Below, in pieces: positions 41,687 to 54,929 of a stretch of 64,000 nt of DNA. The position numbers and the translations under genes are program-made. The notes below the pieces were generated by a model. That model had not been told where the DNA came from and ran no database searches. It worked only from the letters and a program-made list of their open reading frames with translations. Origin of the DNA: Mobula hypostoma (lineage: Eukaryota); NCBI RefSeq assembly GCF_963921235.1, contig NC_086109.1:33978001-34042000 (forward strand), given 5' to 3'. The number at the start of each line of letters is the position of its first letter. Position 1 is the stretch's first letter.

Positions 41687-42254
41687 CTGGATGGAGAAAG
41701 AACCAAGGGATAAAAGTAAGACAAAGCTTTCATTTTGTAATATTTCATCAGAAGCTGGGAAATAAGCCAAATAGGATTCAATAGTTCATTTATCACTTTC
41801 TCCTCATCAAAACCTTCACAAACACTAAAAGAAATGATTACAGAAATAATCGTAGCAAGGATTCTCCGGAATCCAATCATTTCCATTTACCCGAGCTGCA
41901 CTTACTCCTAAGAGAAAATTCAGCTCTGATCGATTCCTGCAGCTTTTGCTCTTCAATGCTGGCTTCATTCTATGTCAAACCATTCTTTACTTTCTCCACT
42001 GATATCATAACCCTCTTACAGATATGCACATATTATGGGGAATAGTATCTCTATGTCATAGCGTTCTGCAGCATGGAACTACAAAAGCTATCCATAATGA
42101 CATTCTGTTCCTAATCCCCTAACCAGATCATACTTGGTTCTTCCAGGGTTTTCCAATAATATATTGACTGTTTGTAAATTGTACTCAAGGTGATTGATTG
42201 CTTCTCAGCTAAACTGAAAACTTCTTACTCAACAGTGTTATTACATTCTTCGAT

Positions 42255-42865
42255 CAGCAGTAGAAAAGGCGAGTAGTTTCAAGTTCCTGGGTTTCAACAT
42301 CTCTGAAGACCCATCCTGGGCCCAACATATCAAAGCAATTATGAAGAGGGTACAAAAGCAGTAATATTTCTTTCGCAGTTTGAACAGATTCAAAATGTCA
42401 CCAAAGATTCTAGCAAACTACCATGGAGAGCACTCTAACTGGTTGCATTACGGTCTGGTTTAGGAGGGGCCGCTGCACAGGACTGGAAAAAGCTGCAGAG
42501 AGTAAACACAGCCAGCCCCATCATGGGTGCCAGCCTCCCCAGCATTGAGGACATCTTTGAAAGTCCATGCCTCAAAAAGGCAGCGTCCATCATCAAAGAC
42601 CCCTCTACCCAGGACATGCTCTCTTCTTATTACTACCATCAGAGAGGAGGCATAGGAACATGAAAACACACAATGTTTTACGAACAGCTTCTGCCCCTCT
42701 GCCGTCGGATTTCTGAATAGACAATCAACCCATGAACTCTACCTCAATATTTTTGCACTACGTATTTAATTTTTTATTTCTTATTATAGTTTATAGCATA
42801 TTTATGTATTGCACTGTACTGCAGCCACAAATTTCCTAACGCGTCAGTGATAATAAACCTGAATG
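42255..42865 (+). mobile_element. Rex1/Babar-like LINE 3' fragment in the SOCS intron
   Basis: Homologous to 6375-7000 (ttcaagttcctggg...aacatctctgaaga, gataataaacctga end). Confidence 0.75.
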
Positions 42866-44248
42866 ATTAGATCCTCTGATCACCTCTTGTTACTTCCGCA
42901 TTAAGTGTTATCTACCTCATGCTCACCTGTTCACATCCACCTGAAATGTCCTACCTTCCACATCGCAGAGCTGTTTTTATTTCAAGTGCAAAGCACAAAT
43001 AGAGTCGCAATGCAAATTTTCACAAGCCAATTTGCATGGTTTGTACTGCTCATCCAAGAACAACCACATGTAGGAAACCTGCCGGAGAACTAAATTGACT
43101 ATAATGAAATTAATTATTTCCAATTAAGAATCTTTCTCCACTTACAATTACATAATTGTTTCTATTAGTCTGATTCAAGTCTCACCAGAGAGCAATGCTC
43201 AGGACAGACACGCTGGAGAACCCTTCAATCACTGATGTAAATCTTTAACACAAACAGAGCTTGCCTCCTATTAAAACTTTTTTATTCTTCACAGATATTT
43301 TTTAGATACCTTAGATGTCAGAGGAGAAGGATACAGGTGAGAGTTGATTTAGAAAGATGAAATAAAAGGGCTAGTTTGTATTGCTAGGGAGTGTGACAGG
43401 ACAGAACTTGAACACACAAATGTCAGAGTGAACCTGCATATGGAGCAAACACTGGGAACATGGGGTGCAATGACAAATTTTTAAAGCCTTTGTCTGAATG
43501 CCTGCAGCATTGATGCAAAATATTGATGACTTAAATGAAAAATATATAGATATACACACTAGTTCAATAAAATACTACTTCATTATATTTTAAATTTAGA
43601 AAATGAGACAGTAAAATGTGAAAGTAGTTGTGGGAGCTGAATACTTTCTGAAGGCACTGCAAATGCAACATGACCAAAGCAGGTTGCTTCGGATTTAAGA
43701 TGGGTAGAAAGGAAGAGGAAGTAGTGTAGCTCTGTTAATAAGGGATGAAATCAGTACAGCAGTGAAAATATCTCAGAAACTCAAGTCTGGCTAGACATAG
43801 AAGTGCAAGGGAAAAGAGTTGCTCTAGCAGTTTATAAGCCCCTTAATATCAGCAACACTGTAGGACAATGTTTAAATCAAGAAACAATAGACACATGCAA
43901 GAAAAGTACTGTGATAACTGCGAGCAAATCATCCTCATGCAGACTGAACAAAGCAAATTTGCAAACATTGAAGATGAAGCAGGAAACTGCAGTCAAGTTA
44001 GCTAATATCTAAAAGCCAAAATCCATTATTAAGTGTAGCAGGACACTTGGAAAATCATTATGCCATCAAGCAGTGTCAACATAGTGTTAAAGGAGGGAAG
44101 TAAAGTTTGACATGTTTATCAGTTTTCAAAAAATCTAATGATAAGAGTGGATCAAGGGAAACCATTAGACATAGTGCATTTGAATTTCGGGAAGCCTTGT
44201 GATAAAATACAGGGCACAAGGTACAAGTCTTCAGCACTATGGATATGA

Positions 44249-46284
44249 CAGCGGTCCCCAACCACCGGGCTGCAGACCGGTAGCAGGCCGCAAAGCATGT
44301 GCTACCGGGCTGCGAGGAAACGATATGATTTGGCAATATGAAACGATATGAGTTAGCTGCACCTTTCCTCATTCCCTGTCACACCCACTGTTGAACTTGA
44401 ATGCACATGAGGTTATCACGCACACTAGGTCATTACGCACGTGAGGTCACCAGTTAGTCATTAACCTACAACTGCTCAATGAGTAAAAAACAAACGTCGT
44501 TTGAGAGTTTCTTTGGATGAGGTGGTAGGGGACATAAAAGATCTAACGATGCTGATAACGCAGAGACAGCTGAAGCCGAGACTGCAAAAAAGAAAGCTTC
44601 CTTCAACAGAAAATACGACGAGTCGTACATAAAATATGGCTTTATTGTGACCGGTGACTCACATGCTCCAAGCCCCCTGTGTGTGATATGTGGAGACAAG
44701 CTGTCTAATGAGGCAATGAAGCCCTCAGACCTGCTTCTGCACCTTGAGTCCAAGCATCCTGCACTTAAAGACAAACCCGTTGAGTTTTCTGAGCAGAAAA
44801 AACATGAGCAAGTGGGACAGAAGCCAGTGCTATGAGCCACCACTTCCACAAATGCTGCTGCTCTGAGAGCGTCGTACTTAGTGGCTAGCCGTATTGCTAA
44901 GGCTAAGAAGCCTTTCACTGTTGGTGAAGAATTGATTCTGCCTGCTGCCAAGGACATGTGCCGTGAACTGTTGAGAGAAGCTGCAGCTAACAAGATGGCA
45001 CAGGTTTCTCTTTCAGCTACCACAGTTTCAAGGAGAATCAATGACATAGCGGAGGACAGCGAGGCACAGCTGTTGGAACGGCTTAACGAGTCTGGTTTCA
45101 CTACCCGAGTCAAAGGGGTTGCTCCTGAATGCCAGTCTACACACTGTGTCACACACAGGGAAATGCTGGCTAGCCGAAAAATGTCACCTGATCTTAACAG
45201 CGTATTGAGTGATGTTGTTGAAGTTACCAGTCATATCAAAGCAAAATCCCTGAACTCACGTCTGTTTGAGCAGCTCTGCGAGGAACTGGATGCAGAGCAC
45301 AAATGCCTTCTCTTACACACTGAAGTCAGGTGGCTATCAAGGGAGAGAGCCCTGGCCAGGGTTTTTAAGATAAGAGAGCAGCTAATGAGTCTTCCAAGAA
45401 AAAAGTCACCACTGGCAGCACACTTCAGTGGCGAGGAGTGGATAGCAAAACTCGCTTATCTGTGTGACATCTTCAACCTGCTCAATGAACTCAATTTGCC
45501 ACTTCAGGGCTGAATGACAACTGTCTTCAAGTTGGCAGATAAACTGTCTGCTTTCACAGCCAAACTGGAACTGTGGGGACAGCGAGTGGACAGGGGCATA
45601 TTTGACATGTTCCCAACATTAGCTGGGATTTTGGGAGAGTCTGAGGCTGCATCGTCCTTCTCACAGTTGGTGCGTGATCACCTATCTTCGCTGTCGACAG
45701 AATTTGAGCGTTACTTTCCAACCGTAAATGACCCAAGACGTGCAAAGGAATGGGTCCGTGACCCATTTGTGAATGTCCCTGGTGAATCATCCAGATCAGC
45801 GGGAGAAGAAGATCAACTCCTCGAGCTTTCAAATGATGGGGGCTGAAAAGTATGTTTGACATAACACCTCTGCTGGCATTCTGGATCAAAGTCAAGGCTG
45901 AATATCCTGAGATAGCCACGAAAGCACTGAAAACGTTGCTTCCATTTACAACATCACATCTCTGCGAAGCAGATTTTTCTGCGATGAATGCAACGAAAAC
46001 TAAATTGCGGAATAGACTGGACATAAAGAAACCCCTTATAATGGATTTATCACTATATTCATGCGAGGAAAATATGCACTGTATATTTAATATTAAATTC
46101 GTTAGATAAATCCTTTTAGAAACAAAATTTAGTGTATTAGCCACTGATAAGTGACTGGTAGTTGACTTATCACCTATATTCTGGTCGTGATTAACATCAC
46201 ACCCACTCCCCATCAGCCGGTCTGCAAGAATATTGTCAATATTAAACCGGTCCGGTCCGGTGCAAAAAAGGTTGGGAACCCCTG
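44249..46284 (+). mobile_element. hAT Charlie/Buster DNA transposon (ZBED5/SCAND3-like transposase), internally deleted, inserted in a CR1 remnant in the SOCS intron
   Basis: TIRs CAGCGGTCCCCAACC / CAGGGGTTCCCAACC; 8-bp TSD GGATATGA / GGTTATGA. Fragments include a BED finger (CVIC...LLLHLESKH), KPFTVGEELILP, HCVTHRE, HTEVRWLS and LLPFTTSHLCE. Several stop codons are present. Confidence 0.93.
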
Positions 46285-47986
46285 GGTTATGATATTAGTG
46301 CGTATAGAGGATAGGCTAATTAACCCAAAAAAAAGACACGTGGAATGTATATTTCAAGCTGGAACCAGTAGTTGTATAATAGTGATCAGTGTTGAGACTT
46401 CAAATACATACAATCTCTGTTGATGACAACTAGGAGTTAATGTATTAAGTCAAATTTACTGAAAATACAAAGAATGTTGCTAAACAAGTTGTTAGATGGA
46501 CATAAAATTTGAGCGATTGTGCAAACATTTGACAAAAGCAAGGTTATCCATCGTGGCAGGAAAACAGAAAAATAGAGTATTATTTAAATAGAGGGAGTCT
46601 ACTGAATGCTGGTGCTCAGAGATCTGGGTGGCCTTGTATATGAAACACAGGAACCTAGCATGCAGGTGTGACTGCAAATGTTATGGAGGAGAAAAACGTT
46701 AATACAATTTCATTTCATGGGATTATATCTCAAATCTGCTTACTGTTTTGTACTGCTCATTTCAGAAGTGGTATACTTTCATTGGGAGTAGAGCGGAGAA
46801 AGTCCATTAGTCTGATCCTGGGATGCAGGAAATGGCTTCCGGGTTGAACAGACTGGGATTACACCTATTGGAGTTCAGAACAGTGTGATGGTTTAAAAGG
46901 AGATTGCACGGACACGTTTTCCTTCACGGGAGAAGCTAGTCCTGGGACAGTTTGAGATAAACATGTCATCCATTTAAAATGGTGATAAGAAGTATTTACA
47001 CTGTAGTTTCTCTCGGGCAGGTATATAAATACAAACGTATATTTGGAAATTTCCACCACAGAATGCTGTAGAGCTAGAAATATTAAACCTGTTCAAGTCC
47101 TGAACTATAGAGGAGTCAAGATTATTAGGAACAGGCAATGGTTGAAGCCCTTCAGTCAGGACCCTTTAGAACAAAGCTTGTGGAGTTTCCTCATGAACCT
47201 ATGTCTTAAATCCCAACAGCTTAATAGATCATCTTTCCCATTTTCATCACATTTTTAGTTTCCTATAGTGGAAGTTTCTTGGAAGCTTTCTGTGAAAACA
47301 ACTTACCAAAATAGTAAAAGCATCATACATCATACAAAAAGTATATGGAAAACACTCAAATTTAACAAGTATTTATAAAGAATCTATTTGGCATTTCAAA
47401 AGTGTTCTTTTAAAAGAACACAGATAAGATCTCTGTGCATTGCATGCATACTAAATCATAACTGTTGAAGGACTCTGGAAGCTTGCTACAAAATCATGAT
47501 TTAGGAATACCCTTGCAAAATCCAGGAATCAGAAGCACAATCATATTTAAGTCCCTAGATGGAAAATAATGTGGTGTACAACAATCAATCTGAAGCAATG
47601 GCTTGTTTCTTCAAGAGAAGAGATACCAGACAGAGATATTCCCATTGACCTACCTAATCTTCTCCCCCAACCCACGCTCTCCAACTTTAAACTATTTTCC
47701 CTCTTGCCCAGTTCCAGCTGTCTTTGAGCTGAATCAGTAACTCCTTCTCTTTACATAGGCACTGCTAGCATTTTCAGCATTTTCTTTTCTTGTTAATTTC
47801 AGACTTCCAGGATCTACAAATTTTTGGTTTTCCTTCTCTAACTGATCTTCATTAGGTTCTCTGAAAATATATGGATGTACATGAAGGGGAAAAAGAGGGG
47901 ATGAAGAAATAGACCATCATGAGAAAGCTGCATAAAAAGATCTCAATTCCACTACAAAGTGAAAATGCATCCACATACACTCAGTA

Positions 47987-48140
47987 ACACACACAAAATG
48001 CTGGAGGAGCTCAACAGGCCAGGCAGCATCTATGGAAAAAAGTACAGTCAACATTTCAGGCCAAAACCCTTCAGCAGGACTGAGTTCCTCCAGCATTTTG
48101 TGTGTGTGCAATCTGCAGATATTCTCTCGTTTGTGATTTG
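47987..48140. mobile_element. Penelope-derived fragment with 27-bp inverted arms and a decayed hammerhead
   Basis: Arms at 47987-48013 and 48081-48107 have 1 mismatch. Flanked by ATACACTCAG at 47975-47984 and 48145-48154. Confidence 0.7.
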
Positions 48141-48145
48141 ACATA

Positions 48146-48570
48146 TACACTCAGCGTGGATGTTTGAGTTACTGTCACCTGCCTGTCAGCTTGAACCAGC
48201 CTGGCCATTCTCTCTAACTTCTCTCATTAACGTGCATTTTCACCCAGAACTGTCCTCACTAGATGCTTTTATTTGGCTTTTTGCACCATGCCCTATAAAC
48301 TCTAGAGACTGTTGTACCTGAAAATCCCAGGGGATCCACAGTTTCTGAGATACTCAAACCACCTCATCTGGCACCAACAACCATTACATGGTCAAAGTCA
48401 TTCAGATCACATTTCTTCCCCATTCTGATGTTTGGTCTGAAGAACAACAGGACTTCTTGACCATGTCCACGTGCTTATATGCAGTGAGATGCTGCCATAT
48501 GATTGGCTGACTGCATATTTGCGTTATCAAGCAGGTGGACAGGGCTACCTAATGCAATGGCCAACTGAAA
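48146..48570. mobile_element. Tc1/mariner-type MITE remnant
   Basis: Starts TACACTCAG and ends with decayed cctaat..tggcca.ctga. Homologous to 61130-61658. Confidence 0.6.
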
Positions 48571-51500
48571 AAGGTGGTTAGAAACACAGGGCATTTGTAT
48601 CCATGTTACAAAGAGATGGTTTAATTCAGAAACTCAAATCATCACTGAAGAGCTGATGACTTTAGAATCCACACTCAGTAAAGTTATACAAAGTTAAAAA
48701 GATGCAATAATTGAATACAAGAATGACATTATGCTGAAATATCTACAGTTATTTGGATAACAACACTAGTCACAGATTACTGCAGCCTCATGGAGCTCTT
48801 GAGCTATTCATGCAAACGAAGTAAAATAAAATCATCCATTAAAAGACACACATACATAACCCCATTGGAATTTGTAACAAGCTATGCAATATTGGTGTGA
48901 ACTTAATATACAAAAAAAAATCTGCCTCTGAAGTTCAATAATGATTGCACCTAAAAGTGTTTACAATTTGAACTCTGAATTGTTTGGCCATTGGGTCCTC
49001 AATGCCTCTCTTCACTTTACAATCAGCTGTTCGGGGCAGTATACTTTACCCATCTTCATCAACTTGAGCAGGTAGTGTGCCTTAACAGATTTTTAAAAAA
49101 ATTTGTCTCAACTCCAGCCACACTGGTGGAAACCACAGTCAAATTTGCAGACAATACCCATGAGGAAAATGTTGAAGTCACCAAAAATATCTCCAATATA
49201 AAAATGAACTGCCCTTGAAAAGCAACAAACAAAATTCCACAGCAATATCAGTGGTTATCTTCAGTACATTTCTCTAAGAACAGGGGCTGATTCTCTGCTC
49301 CATAATCAAGTGTTATCCAAACCAAATATAGTGCATCAACACTTAATTTCAGTGGATGTCAGTACATCCCTGGAAACCGCCTGGTCTAATTGTACAGGTG
49401 TAAGCCAAGTAGTGTATTTACTGATTTAATCAATGGAGGTCATTGACTGGTATTTAAGATTGTTTGATATTGATCGCTTGAATGGGTGAGCAAGCAATAG
49501 ATCATAACCTCTTTTTCAAAACAAAATGGCAACAACTGTTGACTGATGAATTTATTGGTTAACTTTGATACTAATGTCCAATGTTATGATGAATCACAGA
49601 TATCTCCATACTTTGGAGCACAACACAGAGAACTAATTTGTTAACAATGATTTCTGCATTTATATAAAATATGAAACTTGGCTTTTGCAGCAATTCAGAT
49701 AACAAAAACATACTTCTGACTGTGATTTTTTTTTGGGGGGGGAGCGGAGGGCAGAATTTTTCTTGCATGGTGATTGTTAATTGTTCAAAGACTAACTACA
49801 AGAAACCCAGAATTTAATTTACATAGGGATATCATATATGTGGTTCCCGCGAGTGCCAAATTATCGAGAACCTACTACTTAGAGTAACTAATCTATTTGT
49901 CAGAGATATTAAAATAAATATGCCCTCATTCCAAAAACAGCAGATAAGCCTATTCATTGTATAATTGTGGAATGCTCGAGGAGTTCAGAGGTTGTGTTTA
50001 CACAGAGTACTGCATTGTTTACAGATTTCACTAAAATGGTGCACAGAAAAAAAAAACTTCACTCCAGACATATCATAAAAGGGAATACTTTTCATTACCA
50101 TCTTCTCCTTTAGTAGTGGTTAGGAGACTGACAGTCAGCCAGGCATTAGACCTCAAGCCTGAGTTTTTAAAATGGGGAAGAAAATAACAGCTGTACTATA
50201 GAGTTGAAACCACAGTTTCTACACTGGCAAATAACTAACAATATAGCATTTAAAAACAAATGTTATTTTCAAGAGCGCAGTTTTGAAGTCATGGCATTAA
50301 ACAAAGTACACATTATGTTGTTAAGGCCAATGGAATATCTGTTGATTACTAACACATAAAAATCATTTCTATTCTAATTTTTATCAGGAGCTCCTACTTC
50401 CAAATGTTTTAAAATTTCTATCTCCTGTGCTTTTAAAACAAAAATGCCACAATACTAGCATTTTAAAAATAAAAGCTCACCTTTAATTTTACCTCCTGCA
50501 CAATCAAACTCCTGTTCATTCAACCACACCTTCATCTAAACCCAACCCAGATAATGTCTCCTCCCTTTAGACATAAACATGTATAATGGCATACAATCTA
50601 AAGCAGAGATACCAATGCAGACAAATCCCACCAATTAATGCAGCATATTATTGAATGCACTAACTCATGTGCGATTATTCAGTAAATACATAAAAGAAAT
50701 CTTCCATGAAGTGGTGCTTGAGCAAGCAACAAGTTTTCTGGCTCAGCATTACCAATATTTTCTTGCCACTGTGTAAAAATAAATTTATTTCATTCCTTTG
50801 CTGTAAACTGAGCCTTTATGAACTTTGGACTGCTTTTCCTAGAAGCAGCCTTGATGAAAAGGGAAAGCACTTTAAAAAAAACCCGGAATTATGTGCAATA
50901 TAAACAGACCAGGAATTTTAGCAGCTTATAAGTTTTCGATTAACTGGGCTATCTAAGAACCTCATGTTCTTTATTAATAAAAACAAAGATTAAATAGATT
51001 TTCCCCTTTCCACAATCATTAAATATTTTGGAGTGAAGGACTTCCTAGAAATACTAAAGACTACAATGTAAATAATTTGCTTACTAAACCTGATTTGGAG
51101 ATTTTAACTAATGGCAACATGCAATCTTTAACAATTAATCAACACAGATCTAGTCATGCATCAGAAACCATTGAGAGCCATAGGTTCAGGTTAACTTCCC
51201 TCAAAGAAATGCCATCACTACCAAACAACACATTATAAATTACTCTTATGTCAAATTGAAAACCTAATTTGATCATGACTAAATTTTCCTGGGGTTGGCA
51301 TTTGCTTGCTGAGGTAATCAGTACATGAAGCTCACTGATACTCGCACAGCTAATGGGTGAATGCACTTTAATGGCATCAAGTCACTGGATTTACAGTCAT
51401 TACAAACTAAACACCAAGAAGGATAATTCATGTCAAATTGCTTCCTCTCAAACATCACAAATTATAGTTAGTGGAAATCAATCTACTGTACCTGGCGCTT

Positions 51501-53112
51501 AAGATTAACCATTACCTTTGCAGAGTATCGCAAGTTTGAATTTTTGGTGGTGATATTAAAAACAATGATGACTTCAAACTTCTTTTCGTTTCTGTCTCTA
51601 TTCATTTCTTAGATTTGGCATGGAGATCTTACAGACTAAGTTTGTGCCGCATTCCCAGTCTTCAAGATGCAAACTTCATAGTCCTCCAATCTGATTGTTT
51701 GAAGATATACAACACTAGTTTCCTCCATTTTTGGGACTACAGAAGCAGGAATTGGCTCTGTCAAGGAGTATTATCATCCTGTAAACAAGGGCAGGGCAAG
51801 ACATGCTCTGTCATGCAGTGCCACTTATTAGATATAAACCATTGCAAAATCCAAGGCCTCATTTTCCAGACAAGCTCATGGAACTCACGACTTCTGAGTA
51901 ATTCCAGGCCACTCTTTCCATATTTGAGAAACTGGCTGAACTTTATGCCATTATGCATTTCTCTCGTAAAGTATCTGCCCAATTCTTAATTCCAGTTATT
52001 CCCTCAGTGATCCTTTTAAGTTCTGCCATACATCAGTGGGATTGGAACATTTACTCAAGGATAGAAGCATCCAATCTTATGTACAGTATGTACATTGCAA
52101 AACTTTCTGTTTATCATCACTGGGAAACAGGACAAATGGCCTCTTGTGTGACAAATTTCAATGATCCAGAATTCATTAGCCAGTACTTGTGTACTGGCTT
52201 TTGTACATGTGACCATTGAAGATAATTAGTAAAGATACCACCAGAAAACAAATAACACCTTTGGAGTTATGGTAATATTCATCAGGCTAATGGTAACCTC
52301 CAAATCAACATCATTTGAATTAGGCATTATTTCTCAAAATGTCTCACTAAATCGCACTTCATCTCAAGTAGCAGACTTTTCATAGAATTTGGCTCACAGG
52401 CCTTAATCAAATCTTTGTACACAGCATCCACTTGCCTGTCTTCACAAAGTTCGGCTGCCACACCCAAGAAAGTAAAGTACATTTCTAGAAAGCTCTCCTT
52501 TTACTTCTGTCCACAATTACACGATCTTTTCCCTCAAAGTAATGGAAAATGTCACCCAAAATGGAATGGCAGCCTCTGTGTTAACAGGTTCCTGGATATT
52601 TTTGCTGCAACTTCTGCTTTGAGTCCTCTAAGCAATTCTCTAGCCTTCAGAGAGTTCCGGGAGATTTGTGCTAGGGCTCCTGCAAACTTTAGTTTATTTA
52701 ATACTTCTGCTTAGGGTCTCAAATGACTATCCCTCTTCAAATCTCACTTAATTACTTTTCTTTCTTCATATCCTTATATAAAAACATATTTCCTGTCACT
52801 TTCAATTCAGTATTCAGAACGTTTCCCCACTATTTTCACATCCATGCTGTCAAATCCTGAATTTGATGTTTGTAGCTTTACAAAAAAAAAATTGCTGAAC
52901 CAGACTTGATCACAGTATTTTGCTTAAGGACTTTTATTTTGTTTTATTCTCGTGGAACAAAGGAGTAACTTATGCAACTGTGTCAAAGAAGGGAAAACCA
53001 GAATATACTGAACTGTCAATGACTCCTTTTATTAAATGTTGCTACTGCAGCAAAATTTCTTTCCTAAAGATATTAACAATGTGTATGCCAAGCTGGGGTT
53101 TACTGGACTGTG

Positions 53113-53411
53113 GGGCACACTAGCATAGTGGTTGGCACAATGCTTCACAGTACCAGCAACCTGGGCTCAACTCCCACCACTGCCCGTAAGGGGTTGGTAC
53201 GTTCTCCCTGTGACTGCACTGCTTTCCCCCCAGGTGCTCCGATTTCTTCCCACAGTCTGAAGACGCACCAGTTGGTAGGTTAGTTGGTTATGGTAAATTG
53301 CCCCATGATTAGTCAGGCTAGGATTAAATCGGGGAATTGCTGGGTGGCATGGCTCAATGGCCGGAAGGGCTTATATCGCAATATATCACTGTATCACAAT
53401 AAATAAATAAA
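53113..53411 (+). mobile_element. tRNA-derived SINE
   Basis: Same family as 14560-14830, ending in an (AATA)n tail. Confidence 0.75.
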
Positions 53412-54711
53412 ACTAAGCACAAGGAAATTTGTCCTAAAAAAAATGCACACTGCATAACTTCCAAGTTAGCCCAGTGTAAAATTGCCGATATGATATATTT
53501 TAGCTTTGAGTCTCCATTTAGAATATGTGCAGTGCCCCATTTACTTTTTTAAAATTTATCTATTTATTGGAGTAAACAGCATAAATAGTTTGACACCATT
53601 GTGTGCTTAAGTCTCCAGCCTTACTAGTCCATGAGCCAGGACCCCAAATTTGGGCCACTGGTACCATCTGGGGGGAATAATTCTTATAGTGATTTTGGCA
53701 AGTTTACACCCCTAGAAAATATCATGACATTGATAAAAACTCCAGAAATCTCTCCAAATGAGGTTTTTTTTTACCTTTTGGGGGGTAGGGTAACACTTTC
53801 TGCTGTACTGATGTTAATATGGAATATATACAAAATGTGTTTACTTATTTGAAGTAATAAAGCTACCACTGGTGCAATGCTGTCACTTATTTTCTAACTT
53901 TAGAGATGCATACCTTGCCAAAAATCACTATGAGCATTATTCCCCTCAGATGGTACCGACCAACCCTACTGGCTCACGGACTATACTGTTTATTAACTTC
54001 AATTTGTCGATGACGCTGGGACAATTAAAACATGCGCCAAAACTCGGTGAATCTTTTACAAAAACAGTCTGCCGTTTTTCCACACCCTCAAAATGTGAAT
54101 GTACACAACTCCACTGATTAAAGTCAAAGTGGGGTTTGAATGTTTACAGCTGAAAATCAAATGCAAAATTGTTTAATTCAAAATTAAACTTAATTTCAGA
54201 AAAAAGATAATTTCCTAATTAGCAATTTCGTTCTCACATGGGATATTTGTAACGCAACATAATAATATAGGCGTGTATTTTAAGAATCTTACTCCAGAGC
54301 CCTGAAGCAGGAAATATTTTAAACCTCCTATCTGCAACTGACAGTTTCAAAATACCACATATTCAATATTTCCGAAGTTTTAAGGACCCAATCGAAACAG
54401 GGATTTAGTTTTCTGTTTTAAGAATTCAACGTTATTATACATTAGATCTCAAAGATCTGCAACAAGCAATCATTCACAACGTTATGCTAAAATACATCTA
54501 GAATAAAATATATTGCTTTATAAAACAAATGTCCAAGGAAATTGAGTATTTACATTGGTGGAAGTTGTTAATTTTATGTAATTAAAATACAAAGGAACGA
54601 AGCAATGATAGTACAAAAGGGGCTACGACAGTGCCGGACATTTTAAAAAACCCATTCACAGATCCACCGCGCGTCTTCAGATCGCCGCGACTATATTCAT
54701 GATAAAGGTAC

Positions 54712-54841
54712 CTGTGAGCTGTAAGTGACTCATGGTGTAGGAGATACGGAACAAGTCAGAATGTCCTTCCCGGAGGTCAAGCGTGTCTTGCGGCCAGTTG
54801 CTGGGGTACAGCGGAGTTACTGCCTTCTCCTGACAAATCAT
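54712..54841 (-). CDS. SOCS2/CISH-like gene, first coding exon (N-terminus and extended SH2 subdomain helix)
   Basis: ATG at 54841 gives MICQEKAVTPLYPSNWPQDTLDLREGHSDLFRISYTMSHLQLT-G|. The donor AG|GTACCT at 54711 is phase 1, matching the phase-1 acceptor at 41686 and rebuilding TG-WYWG. DLFRISYTMSHLQLTG resembles the CISH pre-SH2 helix. An in-frame TAG lies upstream of the ATG. Joined CDS is 603 nt = 200 aa. Confidence 0.88.
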
Positions 54842-54929
54842 AGATGTGATGAATTCAAACAACCGCTAATCCCACTTCGATCAAAAGGCTTTCACCGGCC
54901 AGAAAGAGCGTGTATTTGTCGCGGTAGAT
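54842..54929 (-). other. 5'UTR part of the first coding exon (implies an upstream non-coding exon)
   Basis: Polypyrimidine acceptor ccttgctccttgtctAG| ends at 54930 on the minus strand. Confidence 0.55.

Noticed and set aside
41656..41886. ORF overlapping the SOCS exon start as a possible N-terminus
   Set aside because: It is in a different frame from GWYWG. A strong acceptor and a phase-compatible upstream exon explain the gene.
44466..45152. 228-aa minus-strand ORF
   Set aside because: Antisense shadow of the hAT transposase.
44881..45513. Possible domesticated ZBED5/SCAND3-like gene
   Set aside because: Stop codons, loss of the catalytic segment and intact TIRs/TSD indicate a dead transposon.
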